A stretch of DNA of 64,000 nt from Balanoglossus misakiensis (Eukaryota; Animalia; Hemichordata): NCBI GenBank assembly GCA_040954595.2, contig CM082583.2, forward strand, positions 1,250,925-1,314,924, given 5' to 3'. The position numbers and the translations under genes are program-made. The notes below the pieces were generated by a model that was not told the DNA's origin, did not search any database, and saw only the letters and a list, made by a program, of their open reading frames with translations. Below are positions 10,601 through 22,000 of the stretch, in pieces. The stretch's first letter is position 1. Each line of letters opens with the position of its first letter.

Positions 10601-13081
10601 TCATGCAAAATTTGGGCAAGAAATTTTGACCTTATACTGGTCCATGTTCAATAAAAACCAAACCTATAGCCTTATTGGTTAGCCTGGAATTAGGTATGCA
10701 CATAATTAATGTTTAAGCAGGTGTTACAGGTGAGCCCAAAAATTTGCCTTTTATTTTGGCCCCATTGTGCTCACTGACCAATAGACAGTCACTGTACAGG
10801 ACTATTGCACAGACCAGAACTTCCCAATAAGACGTGGACATAGCTTAACCATAGAGGTATAAGTAAAGGTATAAATTTAATAAAAAGACTAAAAAATTCA
10901 TAAAAAATAAAACATCCATGATATTAACTTAACACTTACAGGTCGATGTGAGGTTGACATAAGGTACATGCATACCAATTTTTAAAGCAATCTGAGCAGT
11001 AGTTGTTGACTTTCAGAGTTTTGATAAATTTCACATTTTACTGGCTAATTTGCATATTTTTGGGCCTGGCAACTTCGTTTGGACAAACTCCCATCTACAG
11101 CCCTGCCTGCATCTGCACACCAAATATCAAGGTGATACGCGCAGCGGTTTTCAAGTTTTTGATGTGGACGGACATACAGACATACATACATACATCCATA
11201 CAGACACAACCCATCCCATAAGGTCCCATGGTATATAGGCCTATACCAATGGGACCTAATAACACAAACAATATCTTGTATCAAACATAATTAATGTAAA
11301 AAAGCAGCAAGAAGCAGAGAGAGACTTTGCCTTAAGGGGTCACTGATAGACAAGGCTGAAACTTTTTTAGTGCAACCTTTGAGTCAGATAATCAAGTTAA
11401 TCAAGTATAATGCACCTGTGCACTTACACAATCAAAGTGGTGGAACTTGGAGGTAGCATTGTTGGAATAAAAGTGCCCATACTTGGGCCATTGTCACATG
11501 ACCAGACAGGTACCACTATCCTGCAATTTTGCAAATACATGTCTAAAATGGCATTTGTTGAATTTGTTATGTTCATGCCAGGCTTTGCATAATTGCATGA
11601 TAGCATGAATATACCAACCATAAAGTCCACCATGCCAATGATACCCACTGGATAATGGGGTCTGCCCAGTCATGTGACAATGACAGAAATGGCGCTTTTC
11701 TTCCAACAAAACAAGTTCTGCCACTTCTATTTTTGTCTGTTTTTGTTTAAAAAGAAGCAAGTGAATAATAAAAAACTACCATGACTTTTTAACCTGGATA
11801 ATCCAACACAAAACGGGCACAAAGAAAAAAAACAACCTTTCAATTTATCCAGTTAAATACTTGACACAACTTGTGACAATGTAAATAGACATGATTTACT
11901 CACTCTGCCCAACTGCAAACATGAAGACTGGCAACTTGTCTGTCTTCGCCTTCATACTTTTGTATTTTGCCTTCAGGTCTTTTAATTGGAAATTCATTGG
12001 GTCCTTCATCCTTATGAACACTCCTATGTCATTCATCTCATAAGGTACAAAATCCACGTCGATGAAGTGTGCCGATACACTCTGGGCCCAGTGCATGGCA
12101 TTTGAGCCACTGTCCACGGTAATGGCCACCTGACTTTTTCTGCCGACAGCTGATGGTAGTACTGCCCCCATTTTCTTTAGAACTCCTTTACTGTCTTTTA
12201 TCAGTGGTGTAACATTTAACACCTGAATGAAAATGTTACAAAATAGGGTAAACATCAAAATTTTAATAAATGTATGTAAAATGGCATGAATATAAACTTA
12301 AATTTTCATAAAATCAGGAAATAACTAACAAGGAAAAGACTTGTACATTGCATGGATATGAAGAAAACATGTGTTATAACTCCTAGCAATTACGTATAAT
12401 GCTTAAAGGCTGAACTGTACATAACCTTGGTCTATACTTTCCTGTGTATGTATACTCTACACTTCTATTCTATTCCCTAAAGCATGATGAAATTACCAGT
12501 GTCTAGAATGTTTACCTTGTCTGTAAATTAGATGATGAGAAATTAAATACATGTACTGGGCAATTCATCATGCTATTGGGTGTAGAATGGAAAGAAAACA
12601 AAAGTGTAGACAAAATACAAAAAGGTTAGTGGTGGGGGGGGGGGACTAAAAACTTCCCAAAATACTTCAAGAAAGGCAGTTCTTATCTTTCTTTATGTAT
12701 GTATCATTTGGATTGCAATTCCTACCTGTTGTTCTGGTGGCTTTGGAACAGATCGCTTCAGTCTCTTTGATTTTACTTCAGCCTCTTTCATCTGAAACTG
12801 TTCGGCTAGTCGCCCCAATGCTTCTTGACTCTCTTTCAAGGGATAAAAAACATTAAGTGTTACTTAAATTGTTTGAACAGTTGCACTTTTTTCAATGAGT
12901 TGGATATTCCATAGGCATCAAGTGAGAAAGCAACTGTGCTGAAAAATACGAATTCTAGAAAACAATTTTTGTGAATTATCCAAATTGACGAGTGCAAAAT
13001 TTCCAAGGGAAAAAGTATCTTCCTACATTTACAGTACATTTCACATTTACCTTTGGTCAGGTCTTCTTTTCTCTTATACAT
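7633..13081 (-). CDS. Multi-exon gene of unknown function with acidic/coiled-coil region and C-terminal UBX-like domain (approx. exons 13081-13051, 12832-12726, 12222-11904, ~11727-11648, ~11521-11428, ~9736-9632, ~9407-9197, ~8722-8681, ~8318-8196, ~7997-7818, ~7725-7633)
   Basis: GT-AG exons join in phase for exons 1-5 and for the last six exons; one junction (11428 to 9736) does not phase, so an exon is missed or the gene is damaged. RLP...ICIMV...LERPFRDLDTLKDVFDWI resembles the UBX RRFxxxDTLxxVxDxV signature. Confidence 0.6.
8914..9075. mobile_element. ~160 bp MITE, Tc1/mariner-pogo-like
   Basis: Perfect 14-bp TIR cagtaaaacctgtc / gacaggttttactg; TA on right flank only. Confidence 0.6.
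9332..9385. repeat. 15-bp coding minisatellite (SCDPV x3-4)
   Basis: cacaggacacaggat tandem copies inside a predicted exon. Confidence 0.9.
10007..11331. mobile_element. Kolobok-type palindromic MITE interrupted by a ~1 kb insertion
   Basis: TTAA flanks at 10003-10006 and 11332-11335; termini agggacaatgtctctctct / agagagagactttgcc; same family as 59789-60134. Confidence 0.75.
10291..11260. mobile_element. Non-autonomous Helentron/HINE (DINE-1-like) element
   Basis: Two ~240-bp internal tandem repeats (starting ~10312 and ~10552), (CATA)n microsatellite ~11172-11204, terminal hairpin aggtcccat...atgggacct 11221-11257; boundaries approximate. Confidence 0.6.
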
Positions 13082-14897
13082 CTGAAATGATATTAAAAGC
13101 ATAACATAAAATAACTATCTGTTGTACCTCATCTCCTACTGGCAACACTGAACATTTCTACATGCATCCGCCAATAGAACAAACTATTAGTTGATACACC
13201 CAGTAGAATATAAATGCCATACAAGTTGTCAAAAGTGCTTTTATACACCAAGTATTCTGCTAGAAGACACAGTATGCATATGTTTAAAGGCTGTTGTTGA
13301 CTTGAACTCTATTTTCTATGATAACAGCAATCGCATCATGTATTGACAATGAAATCCATGACTAGACTCAAACCAGAAACTAGCTGACACAACAGAGCTT
13401 TACACAATACAAAGCATAAAGAAGCATTGAAATCATCCATATTGCTTACATGTGATATATGGCTTATGACAGTCCAAATTTCATTGCGACGCCGTTTCAC
13501 TCAGATCAATTGGTCATAGTGGAGTGGAAATGTGGCGGTTTATGAGAGTTCATACTGGCAGTTCAATCACATATAATTGACGGAGTTGGTGCCCATGACA
13601 GTATAAAGCAGTAGTTAATCAAATTTTGTCAACAGTACTACATGTACTTGGAAATTATTTACAGAACTATAAAATAAGCCAAGATACATTTCTCTCAAAT
13701 CAGTGTTGCAATTGAGCATTTATATAATAAAATGATGAAGCAGTATTTGTCACAGACATATGTTGTAAGTAGCAAAAGAAACAGTTTAGGTATTTTGATA
13801 GGGTTCGATAACTCAGCTGCTAACATTTGCAAAGTGCCTATAGTGTAAGGGCCTGGAATTATCATGACAATTTCAGAATCAAAGAGAAAAATACCGTCAA
13901 GGACAGTGTGGTCCCGTTTAAGGATTACGGAAGGAAAGGTTTTCACCAGAATACACACACACAGATCAACAGGCAAACACTGACTGGCCATTGACTGACT
14001 CGTGAGCTGCCAATGGCATGTGTACTGTGCACACACCAAATAGAACAGCAAATAGAACTGTCTCTTGACAGATGGGCTAAGTTATATAAACATGAATACA
14101 TTTTCTGTGTAAAAAAACTCATTAGGGGATTTCATCTAACTTGCAAAGAACAATGTTCAGGATATTTTTCTGCTTGAGATAAAAAAATTGTGGTAAATGT
14201 ATAAGACAAAATGTCATAAAATACAACAATTCAAATTTTACTTTGATTTGATCCCATTATAATTATAAAGGAGCACATCCCGTTGACTCACAACTCAAAT
14301 TTTACAGAAATCAATTGAAAACTTTCTGATATCAACTAATACATGGAAACCTAGAAAACATAATACAAAAATACAAGATTTTCATTTTCACTATAATTTT
14401 GATATATCATAATAACAATCCCCAAAGGAAACTACATTTAGTAAATTGCAAAGCAATTGGATGGACAACCCGTTTCAGAGAAATTGATTTTTGTACCAAC
14501 AATGGAAAAAACAGCCACAAGAATACGAAATCTACACTTTCATTAAAGGGTCTGCAAATTTCAAAGCAATCAGGGTAGAGGCTTTTGAGAAATATTTTTT
14601 GACCAAGAATGTCCTAAATCATCCCAAAAATATACAATTGATTTCTTCCCCTTGATTTGAAAAACAAAATCAAGGAAACTACATCTGATGCACACCCTCA
14701 AATGAAATTTCTGATAAATACTATTACAGACGCAACCAATCCCATAAGGTTCCAATGGTATATATGCATATACCAAATGGGACCTGGTAAAACACATATC
14801 ATCCCTCAAGAATTACAAATTGATTTCATCAAAATTCTTTCAGTCAAGATGGGTGCCAGAAACCAATACACCATGTCCTGCCAAACAACACCTTTAT

Positions 14898-16184
14898 TTA
14901 TATATCAAAGAATATTAGTGATGAGATTTGCCCCTGACTGACATCTGTGCCATTGCTCAGACCTTGCATACTGAAATTTTTAAATGTCACCCAGAAATCA
15001 GTACTTTTTAATGTTGTGATTCTTCGGCGAGAGATCCCACATGACCCGAATGATGTTTCTGTATTTCCTCTGATTTGACAGACAACTGAATAATCTACAT
15101 TGGGTTGGATTTTAATCAGCTTACTGAAGACAACAGGAAAGGTAATCTGGGGGGAAGTGTTTGAGGCTTCTGTATTGTACACAACAGCTTGTTGATGATT
15201 TAATATTGTGACATGAGCATGGACACTTTCATCTGTATTTCCAAACACATAAACACCTAGCAGTGAGACAGGAACATCCACTGAAAAGGAAATCCTGTCA
15301 CCCTCAAATTGGTTTCCTTTCCATGTGTTTGGATTTTTTTCATTGATGAAACGCCGCGCCACAATGGCATTATTTGGAACCACATTTCTTGTGATTACAT
15401 CCACATAACCAGGAACAGGAAAATTGCATCCAGGATGTCGAACTGCTTTTAATATCTGGAAGACATCTTCATAACACAAAATTTGTTCAGAAATTAGTCG
15501 ATGAATACTTTCTTCACTTAACGACAAGAAACGGATGTGGGGAAGAAATGGCTCAAAACAAAAGGGGGCATCCATATCATTGCCATTGACACCCTGAAGT
15601 TTCCTTTCCACCCATAAAAACAATGCATTCAAAAGTGTGTCTTCCTTTACCGAAAGCGTCTGACGCTGAATTATTTATACAACTATGCTTTCAGGAAGTT
15701 GAAGAAAATCTTCCAAAACTTGCTCAGAATTAAACAGTTTAACACCATTCTGATCAATTATTGACAGACAGTGTTCAAAAGTACTATCTAACTGGTATTT
15801 CTGACAAAATACAAGGTCTCTAATACTGCGGGAAGTTACAATGTTGGAAATTAAAAATGATTCACATTTCTCTTTTAAAGAATTTATCATGTAAAAGTTA
15901 CATATCTCCACATAATCTTCAACATTTTCACTTGTAATATTTAACTTTTCAAAATAAAAATCATCAATGACATTTTGCATGAGTAAGGGATCAAAGTCAG
16001 AACAATCAATGGTTTTGTCGTTGGCCCATTCCGAATGCAAACGGGCGGCAAACACATCCGAAAAAAGACACAACACCAATGAATGGGCCCTTCTCGTCTG
16101 ACCATCTCTGAAGCGAAGGATGACATCATTTGCTACAGTGTCTTGGTTTCTATATCAAGTTTGCAATTTTTGGGCCAGTAACAT
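14898..16184 (-). pseudogene. Intronless BTB-BACK-PHR protein (BTBD1/2/3/6-like) with two in-frame stops (16157-16155 TGA, 15677-15675 TAA)
   Basis: One reading frame from ATG 16184: DVILRF...RAHSLVLCLFSDVF (BTB), LKEKCESFL, FLQLPE..LSVKEDTLLNALFLW..LPHIRF (BACK), RRF..W..DRISFSVD..GVYVFG..NGTDVSQGQI (PHR). Confidence 0.88.
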
Positions 16185-16354
16185 GATGTCTGCAAGTGTA
16201 ACAAAGGTATAACACCAGTATTGTATCAGTTTAGTTGTATATCGACACAAACTGAATAGCTCAGGGCCTAACTGTATCCTAATTATATTGGAAAATATCT
16301 GAATTGTTAGATTGTTCATTTTATCAGTTTATTACCATTTTGGTAGGAAATTCT

Positions 16355-18410
16355 AATTGTTCTCAAAACGTGCACAGACAAGTATTACATATACAACAGG
16401 CTTATTGCATCAAAACTAGAAAAACAAATAAACATGGAAACAAATTGGGTTATATTTGTCCCAGACAGAAATCTATGAACGGTTATGAAATCTGGCGACT
16501 TCTTGATGAAGTTTCTTTTAATTTCTGTAGTAAACTTAACTGTCAAAAGTTGTTTATTTTATCATACCTTATTCAAATGTGAAATATCATAGTCGAAATT
16601 GGGGCATTATAGTGAAAAAAATTACAGTTTATAAATTGGTTGGTAAATCGGAATAAATCATGTAAATTTACATGAATGTCATTAGAAAGAAAAGTCAAAG
16701 TTCAAATAAAGAGTTCAATCAAATTCATGGAGATTCCATGACAGTGTATATCATCTGTTACCTTTCTTTTTGTTCTTTTCTAAATTATGTTGAACTCTCT
16801 TTTTTTCAGCTTTTCAACATATTCCAGTGCATTATTATGACACAGTTGCGTTTTGACTGTTGCTGAAAAAGGTCTGCAGACTTGTTCCTAAATTTACCAC
16901 TTTAGGTGCAAACATTATACATGAAAACAAGAACACCACATCTAATTGAAATGCAGGTGTCCATAGAAACCAACCAATAATGTAATCAACCCATGTTTTT
17001 TCAGCTGTGTCACTATCAGTTTCACTATCTGTAGGCTCATAAAACAAACAGCTATGGACTCCCAACAGGAACCCAACTTGGGTTAACATTTGAACAGTAA
17101 AAAATGACCTATACCTCCCTGAACTGACTATTTTCTGTTCCCAAACTAAATTCCTGAACAAAATTTCTTGTCCGTTTACAAATTGCAGCCACTTTTCCAA
17201 GGAGTACCAGTTAGATTTCCACACAGCCAGCCAGCGAACTCTGACCCTCACCCAAAATGGACATTCAGTTAACTTCGTGCGAGCGCCATATTAGCATATC
17301 AATAGCAATCATTTCAAGTTGAGAACTTTCTCTGTGGATGATCGGCTGAAATACGTAAACTAACCAGAGAATTTGTTCACGAAAAGAGTTTAGGAAACAG
17401 TAAATTAAAAAAGATAACACAGACGAGACAGTGGATTCGCAGGAAACTAGCGGAAAAGACTAGCAAACGAACATAACTGTTCTTACCTTCACTACAACTT
17501 CGCTCCACAAGTTCTGTTTGCAGTGGTGAATTGTTCTCAAAAATTGCACAGACAAGTATTACATATACAACAGGCTTATCGCATCAATACTAGAAAAACA
17601 AAAAACATGGAAACAAATTGGGTTATATTTGTCCCAGACAGGAATCTATGAACGGTTATGAAATCTGGCGACTTCTATGACTTGATGAAGTTTCTTTTAA
17701 TTTAATTTCTGTAGTAAACTTAACTGTCAAAAGTTGTTTATTTTATCATACCTTATTCAAGTGTGAAATATCATAGTCGAAATTGGGGCAAACATTATAC
17801 ATGAAAACAAGAACATCACATCTAATTGAAATGCAGGTGTCCATAGAAACCAACCAATAATGTGATCAACCCATGTTTTTTCAGCTGTGTCACTATCAGT
17901 TTCACTATCTGTAGGCTCATAAAACAAACAGCTATGGACTCCCAACAGGAACCCAACTTGGGTTAACATTTGAACAGTAAAAAATGACCTATACCTCCCT
18001 GAACTGACTATTTTCTGTTCCCAAAGTAAATTCCTGAACAAATTTTTTTGTCCGTTTACAAATTGCAGCCACTTTTCCAAGGAGTACCAGTAAGATTTCC
18101 ACACAGCCAGCCAGCGAACTCTGACCCTCACCCAAAATGGACATTCAGTTAACTTCGTGCGAGCGCCATATTAGCATATCAATAGCAATCATTTCAAGTT
18201 GAGAACTTTCTCTGTGGATGATCGGCTGAAATACGTAAACTAACCAGAGAATTTTTCACGAAAAGAGTTTAGGAAACAGTTATTTAAAAAAAGATAACAC
18301 AGACGAGACAGTGAATTCGCAGGAAACTAGCGGAAAAGACTTGACAAACGAACATAACTTTTCTTACCTTCACTACAACTTCGCTCCACAAGTTCTGTTT
18401 GCAGTGGTGA
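16355..18410. repeat. Tandem duplication (16355-17529 and 17529-18410); second copy lacks ~300 bp
   Basis: Near-identical sequence and duplicated ORF-track peptides (MRVRVRWLAVW...); segment ~16608-16906 absent from copy 2. Confidence 0.93.
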
Positions 18411-18432
18411 CTGCGCATGCTCAGAAAATCAG

Positions 18433-18820
18433 AGAAAACGCCGATGCGAGAAAACTCTTTAGCTGAAACGCCAATGCGCATGTGTAGAATGCCGGCGCGA
18501 CAAAACTCTCCAGAAACGCCGATGCGAGAAAACTCTTTAGCTGAAACGCCAATGCGCATGTGTAGAATGCCGGCGCGACAAAACTCTCCAGAAACGCCGA
18601 TGCGAGAAAACTCTTTAGCTGAAACGCCAATGCGCATGTGTAGAATGCCGGTGCGACAAAACTCTCCAGAAACGCCGATGCGAGAAAACTCTTTAGCTGA
18701 AACGCCAATGCGCATGTGTAGAATGCCGGTGCGAGAAAACTCTCCAGAAACGCCGATGCGAGAAAACTCTAGCTGAAACGCCGATGCGACAACTCTGTAG
18801 AAACGCCGATGCGAGAACTC
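18433..18820. repeat. 78-bp tandem repeat (~4 copies plus degenerate subunits) built from gaaacgccRatgcg motifs
   Basis: gaaacgccgatgcgagaaaactc recurs at 18513, 18591, 18669, 18747. Confidence 0.95.
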
Positions 18821-19023
18821 ATCAAATCACCGGTTGTGATTTTGTCGGCGCCGGTAGATTGAGTAAAGGTGTCGGCAAAAATTTGGTTGTTACCGGCATT
18901 TTAGATTACGGCGTCGGCACCCAATGTGCGTCATATTTTCAGCATATGCGTTCCTATCATTTGTCTATGGACTTTACCCATGTATTGAGAGAAGTTGTCG
19001 GGGGTCCCCAACGGCTTTCCATA

Positions 19024-22000
19024 GTCTGTCATGGTGTGCCGGGGTTTTAGTCGAGCCAGGCCGTAGAAGATCTGACTTGATCATCGTGGTCAATGTACGC
19101 GTGTTTCCGCTCTAAAGTGCCGGGGCTTCAGCTAAACCAGGCCGTAGGAAATCCGACGTAATCACCGTTGATAACTTACGCCAGTCTGTGTCATATAGAG
19201 CCGGTGCACCAGCCGAGTCACGCCGTAGGAAATCTGACTTGATCAACGTGGTCAATGTACGCCTGTTTCTGCTCTAGAGCGCCGGGGCTTCAGCTGAGCC
19301 AGGCCGTAGGAAACCCGACGTGATTACCGTTGTTAACTTACGCCAGTCTGTGTCCTATATATAGTGCCGGGGCATCAGCCGTGTCAGGCTGAAGGAAATG
19401 TGAGTAGATCAACGTGGTCTCTGTACGCGTGTTTCTGCTCTAGAGTGCCGGGGCTTTATCCAAGCCATGCCGTAGAAAATCTGACTTGATCACCGTTGCT
19501 AACGAACGCTAGTGTCTGTCATGGTGTGCCGGGGTTTTAGTCGAGCCAGGCCGTAGGAAATCTGACTAGATCAACGTGGTCAATGTACGCCTGTTTCTGC
19601 TCTAGAGTGCCGGGGCTTCAGCTGAGCCAGGCCGTAGGAAACCCGACGTGATTACCGTTGTTAACTTACGCCAGTCTGTGTCATATATATAGTGCCGGGG
19701 CATCAGCCGTGCCAGGCCGAAGGAAATGTGAGTAGATTAACGTGGTCTCTGTACGCGTGTTTCTGCTCTAGAGTGCCAGGGTTTTAGCCAAGCCAAGCCG
19801 TAGGAAATCTGACTTGATCAACGTTGCTAACGAACGCTAGTGTCTGTCATAGTGTGCCGGGGTTTTAGTCGAGCCAAGCCGTAGGAGATCAGACTTGATC
19901 AACGTGGTCTCTGTACGCGTGTTTCTGCTCTAGAGTGCCGGGGCTTCAGCTGAGCCAGGCCGTAGGAAACCCGACGTGATTACCGTTGTTAACTTACGCC
20001 AGTCTGTGTCCTATATATAGTGCCGGGGCATCAGCCGTGCCAGGCCGAAGGAAATGTGAGTAGATCAACGTGGTCTCTGTACGCGTGTTTCTGCTCTAGA
20101 GTGCCAGGGCTTTAGCCAAGCCATGCCGTAGGAAATCTCACTTGATCACCGTTGCTAACGTACGCTAGTGTCTGTCATATTGTGACGGAGATTTAGCCGA
20201 GCCAGGCCGTAGAAAAATCGACTTGTTCAACGTTTCCAGTGTGCAACTGTTTCTGCTCTAGAGTGTCAGGGTTTTAGCCGACTTATGCTGTAGGAAATCT
20301 GAGTTGATGAACGGGAAGTCAATGTTAGGAAACCCGTGTGGAAAGTATCTCTACCCGTTTGAAACTAAGAAAAGAATTTATTCTTATTTATTTTGTAAAA
20401 AAGACAATTTTTCGAAAAAAAGTCGAAAATGGTAATTTTGTCTTGGGTGATTCAAATTATACCGCCTTTTCTGGAATTTGCAGCACTTTTTACAAGAGAA
20501 CGACACTTCATGCTCCATAATATTTCCGAAAATGAAGAAAAGAGTTAATTTTTTATGATTTTTTAAAAATTTACCATTTTTGTCAAAATATGGCCAAAAT
20601 GGCTATTTTTTCTTGAATTCCGTCAATATCTCTGCATTTTTGGAGTGGTCGAAAGTTTTAACATACAATCAACATGTCATATATGATCAGGGCACCAAAT
20701 TCGAAGAACAAAGGTTTTTTTATTTGTTTTTCTAAAAATGACATTTTCAAGGAAAATTTGGTAAAACGCAATTTTGTCTGCAGTGAGCCAAATTAGACGG
20801 TCTTTTGTGGAATTTGTATCGATATATACATACGAAGAGCATTCTATACTCCATCAGATTTCCGAAAATGTAGAAAACAGGTATTTTTTATAATTTTCAA
20901 AAATTTACCATTTTGACCAAATTGTGGCTAAAATTGTTATTTTCGTGTTGAATGCCGCCAGTGTCACTGCTTTTAAAAGTCAGAAAAACTTTTAACATAC
21001 AAGCAATTGTTTATATATGATCAGGTCACCGAATTAAAAAAATAAAGAATGTTTTGCCTAAAAATGACCTTTTTGGTGCAAAAACGAATAAAACGCAATT
21101 TTGTATTAAATCAGCTCATTCAGAGTGCATTTTTTATAATCAGCACCATTTTTACATATAATGGAAATTTCCTACATCATCAGATATCCAAATATGAAAA
21201 AATGATTTAGATTTTAGATGATTGTCCAAAATTAGCTGATATCTAATAAATGTAGTATTGAACCGTTCCGTTCCCCCCCCCCCCCTTACATTATATGCGG
21301 TACGCCGATGTCAGCTTACTCGGCAGTACTGCAGGCCGTGCCCCCAACTAACATCGGTGTTGGAAACGCCCTGGTTAAATTCGGGCTTCCTCTATAAATT
21401 GACAGGCAATAATGCAGTCCTACCCGAACAAATGTCGAGTGTTGACTCGCTGTGACTTCCCCTCTTCGGTTTGCCCGACTTAGCCAACGTCTTTGTACTA
21501 GAGTGTCGGGTCTTTTGCAGAGCCAGGCCGAAGGAAATCCGACTTGATCACCGTTGCTAACGAACGCTAGTGTCTGTCATGGTGTGCCGGGGTTTTAGTC
21601 GAGCCAGGCCGTAGGAGATCTGACTTGATCATCGTGGTCAATGTACGCGTGTTTCCGCTCTAAAGTGCCGGGGCTTCAGCTAAACCAGGCCGTAGGAAAT
21701 CCGACGTAATCACCGTTGATAACTTACGCCTGTCTGTGTCATATAGAGCCGGTGCACCAGCCGAGTCACGCCGTAGGAAATCTGACTTGATCAACGTGGT
21801 CAATGTACGCCTGTTTCTGCTCTAGAGTGCCGGGGCTTCAGCTGAGCCAGGCCGTAGGAAACCCGACGTGATTACCGTTGTTAACTTACGCCAGTCTGTG
21901 TCCTATATATAGTAACGGGGCATCAGCCGTGCCAGGCCGAAGGAAATGTGAGTAGATCAACGTGGTCTCTGTACGCGTGTTTCTGCTCTAGAGTGCCAGG

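Larger units (their letters stand above)
1..19023 (+). mobile_element. Putative giant IS3EU-like DNA transposon (right part only; right terminus ...GGCTTTCCATA at 19023)
   Basis: Transposase gene, convergent second gene, subterminal tandem repeats, and an abrupt CCATA end followed by mid-monomer satellite (GTCTGTC). Left terminus and TSD lie outside the window. Confidence 0.6.

Noticed and set aside
16835-18131. Duplicated 124-138 aa ORFs (MRVRVRW...)
   Set aside because: GTG start, no recognisable domain; similarity is explained by the recent tandem duplication
18284-18776. Repetitive ORFs on both strands
   Set aside because: Artefact of a 78-bp (multiple of 3) repeat lacking stops
19024-20330. 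Regular repeat array superficially like CRISPR
   Set aside because: Monomers are contiguous diverged repeats with no unique spacers, no cas genes, and the context is eukaryotic
21250-21540. Possible tRNA/5S/snRNA gene in the satellite linker (Tx1 elements often target these)
   Set aside because: No recognisable cloverleaf, A/B box, 5S or snRNA sequence by eye; an Rfam scan would be needed to exclude it fully
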